From Yuukianura sp. NJ FZ-2021 (lineage: Eukaryota): DNA of 64,000 nucleotides. Location: assembly GCA_046563655.1 (NCBI GenBank), contig CM102290.1:14694001-14758000 (forward strand). Reading direction: 5' to 3'. Below the pieces are notes generated by a model, which was given only the letters and a program-made list of their open reading frames with translations, was not told the DNA's origin and did not search any database. The position numbers and the translations under genes were made by a program. Shown one piece after another: positions 63,477-64,000 of the stretch (positions are counted from its first letter, which is position 1; the number at the start of each line of letters is the position of its first letter).

Positions 63477-64000
63477 CATTTGCAGAGTCTAATTGTTGAG
63501 AGTGAGGAGCGAGCCTGAGGAAGAGTTAGATGTGATGGCAGTGGAATAATTAGTGTTATGTTTCTCGAACTATTCGTGTTAATTGCGTCAAGTGTGTTAG
63601 TTTAGTCTTAAAAATAAAATAGTAGTAAATATTGTCTACCGCAGTATATTTCTATCAGGCCTTGGTTTGATTTTTAACGCAATTAGATAGTAGATATTAA
63701 TAGTTTATGGTTTGGGGATGGGAGTGGGGTGCAGGCGGCTTGTTTTGAAAATTACAATCTTACGTAGATTACGTAAGTTACGATAATTACGTAAGTTACG
63801 TAGTTTTCGGCAAAAATACCGTAATTTTCGAACCCTGTTCATGTATATGCAAAAACTGTACAAAAAATGTGCAAGAAATGTGCAAAAAAACTCAAAAGTT
63901 AACAATTTTGTAAAAGGGTCATACCTGTGCAGAAAGTGGAGCATTTCTCCAGTCAATGAGTGAGCGGGAGTTGATTGGATAGGCGGGCAGATTTGAAATG

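Larger units (their letters stand above)
62608..63837 (+). mobile_element. Non-autonomous hAT DNA transposon (1.23 kb) in an intron of the lipid-transfer gene
   Basis: Perfect 11-bp TIR CAGGGTTCGAA...TTCGAACCCTG and perfect 8-bp TSD TTCATGTA (62600-62607, 63838-63845). TTACGTAA subterminal repeats at both ends and an internal BED-finger ORF. Confidence 0.92.

Overview
AT-rich eukaryotic (arthropod-like) genomic DNA with many short GT-AG introns. A springtail or other basal hexapod is a guess from gene content, not something the sequence proves. The first ~15 kb has no recognisable coding sequence and is littered with MITEs and tRNA-like elements. Eight protein-coding genes follow: a 7-exon sNPF/PrRP-receptor-like GPCR (+), a chymotrypsin-like serine protease (+), proteasome subunit Rpn1/PSMD2 (+), an M1 aminopeptidase (-), SHOC2/Sur-8 (-), the 3' part of a very large lipid-transfer protein with a vWD domain (-), and two paralogous C2H2 zinc-finger-only genes, one nested antisense in an intron of the lipid-transfer gene. 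Most notable observations: (1) the two ZF paralogs differ mainly at DNA-contacting helix positions and were duplicated as an inverted cassette with a conserved upstream block; (2) a MITE in the protease gene is flanked by a 108-bp direct duplication that regenerates the splice acceptor and exon start; (3) AGGTCA/TGACCT nuclear-receptor-like motifs are dense in introns and coding exons; (4) many small introns are each dominated by their own short motif; (5) six diverged, tail-less tRNA-like elements; (6) a non-autonomous hAT element with a BED-finger remnant and a palindromic 35-bp array. Exon coordinates were read by eye and no database searches were run.
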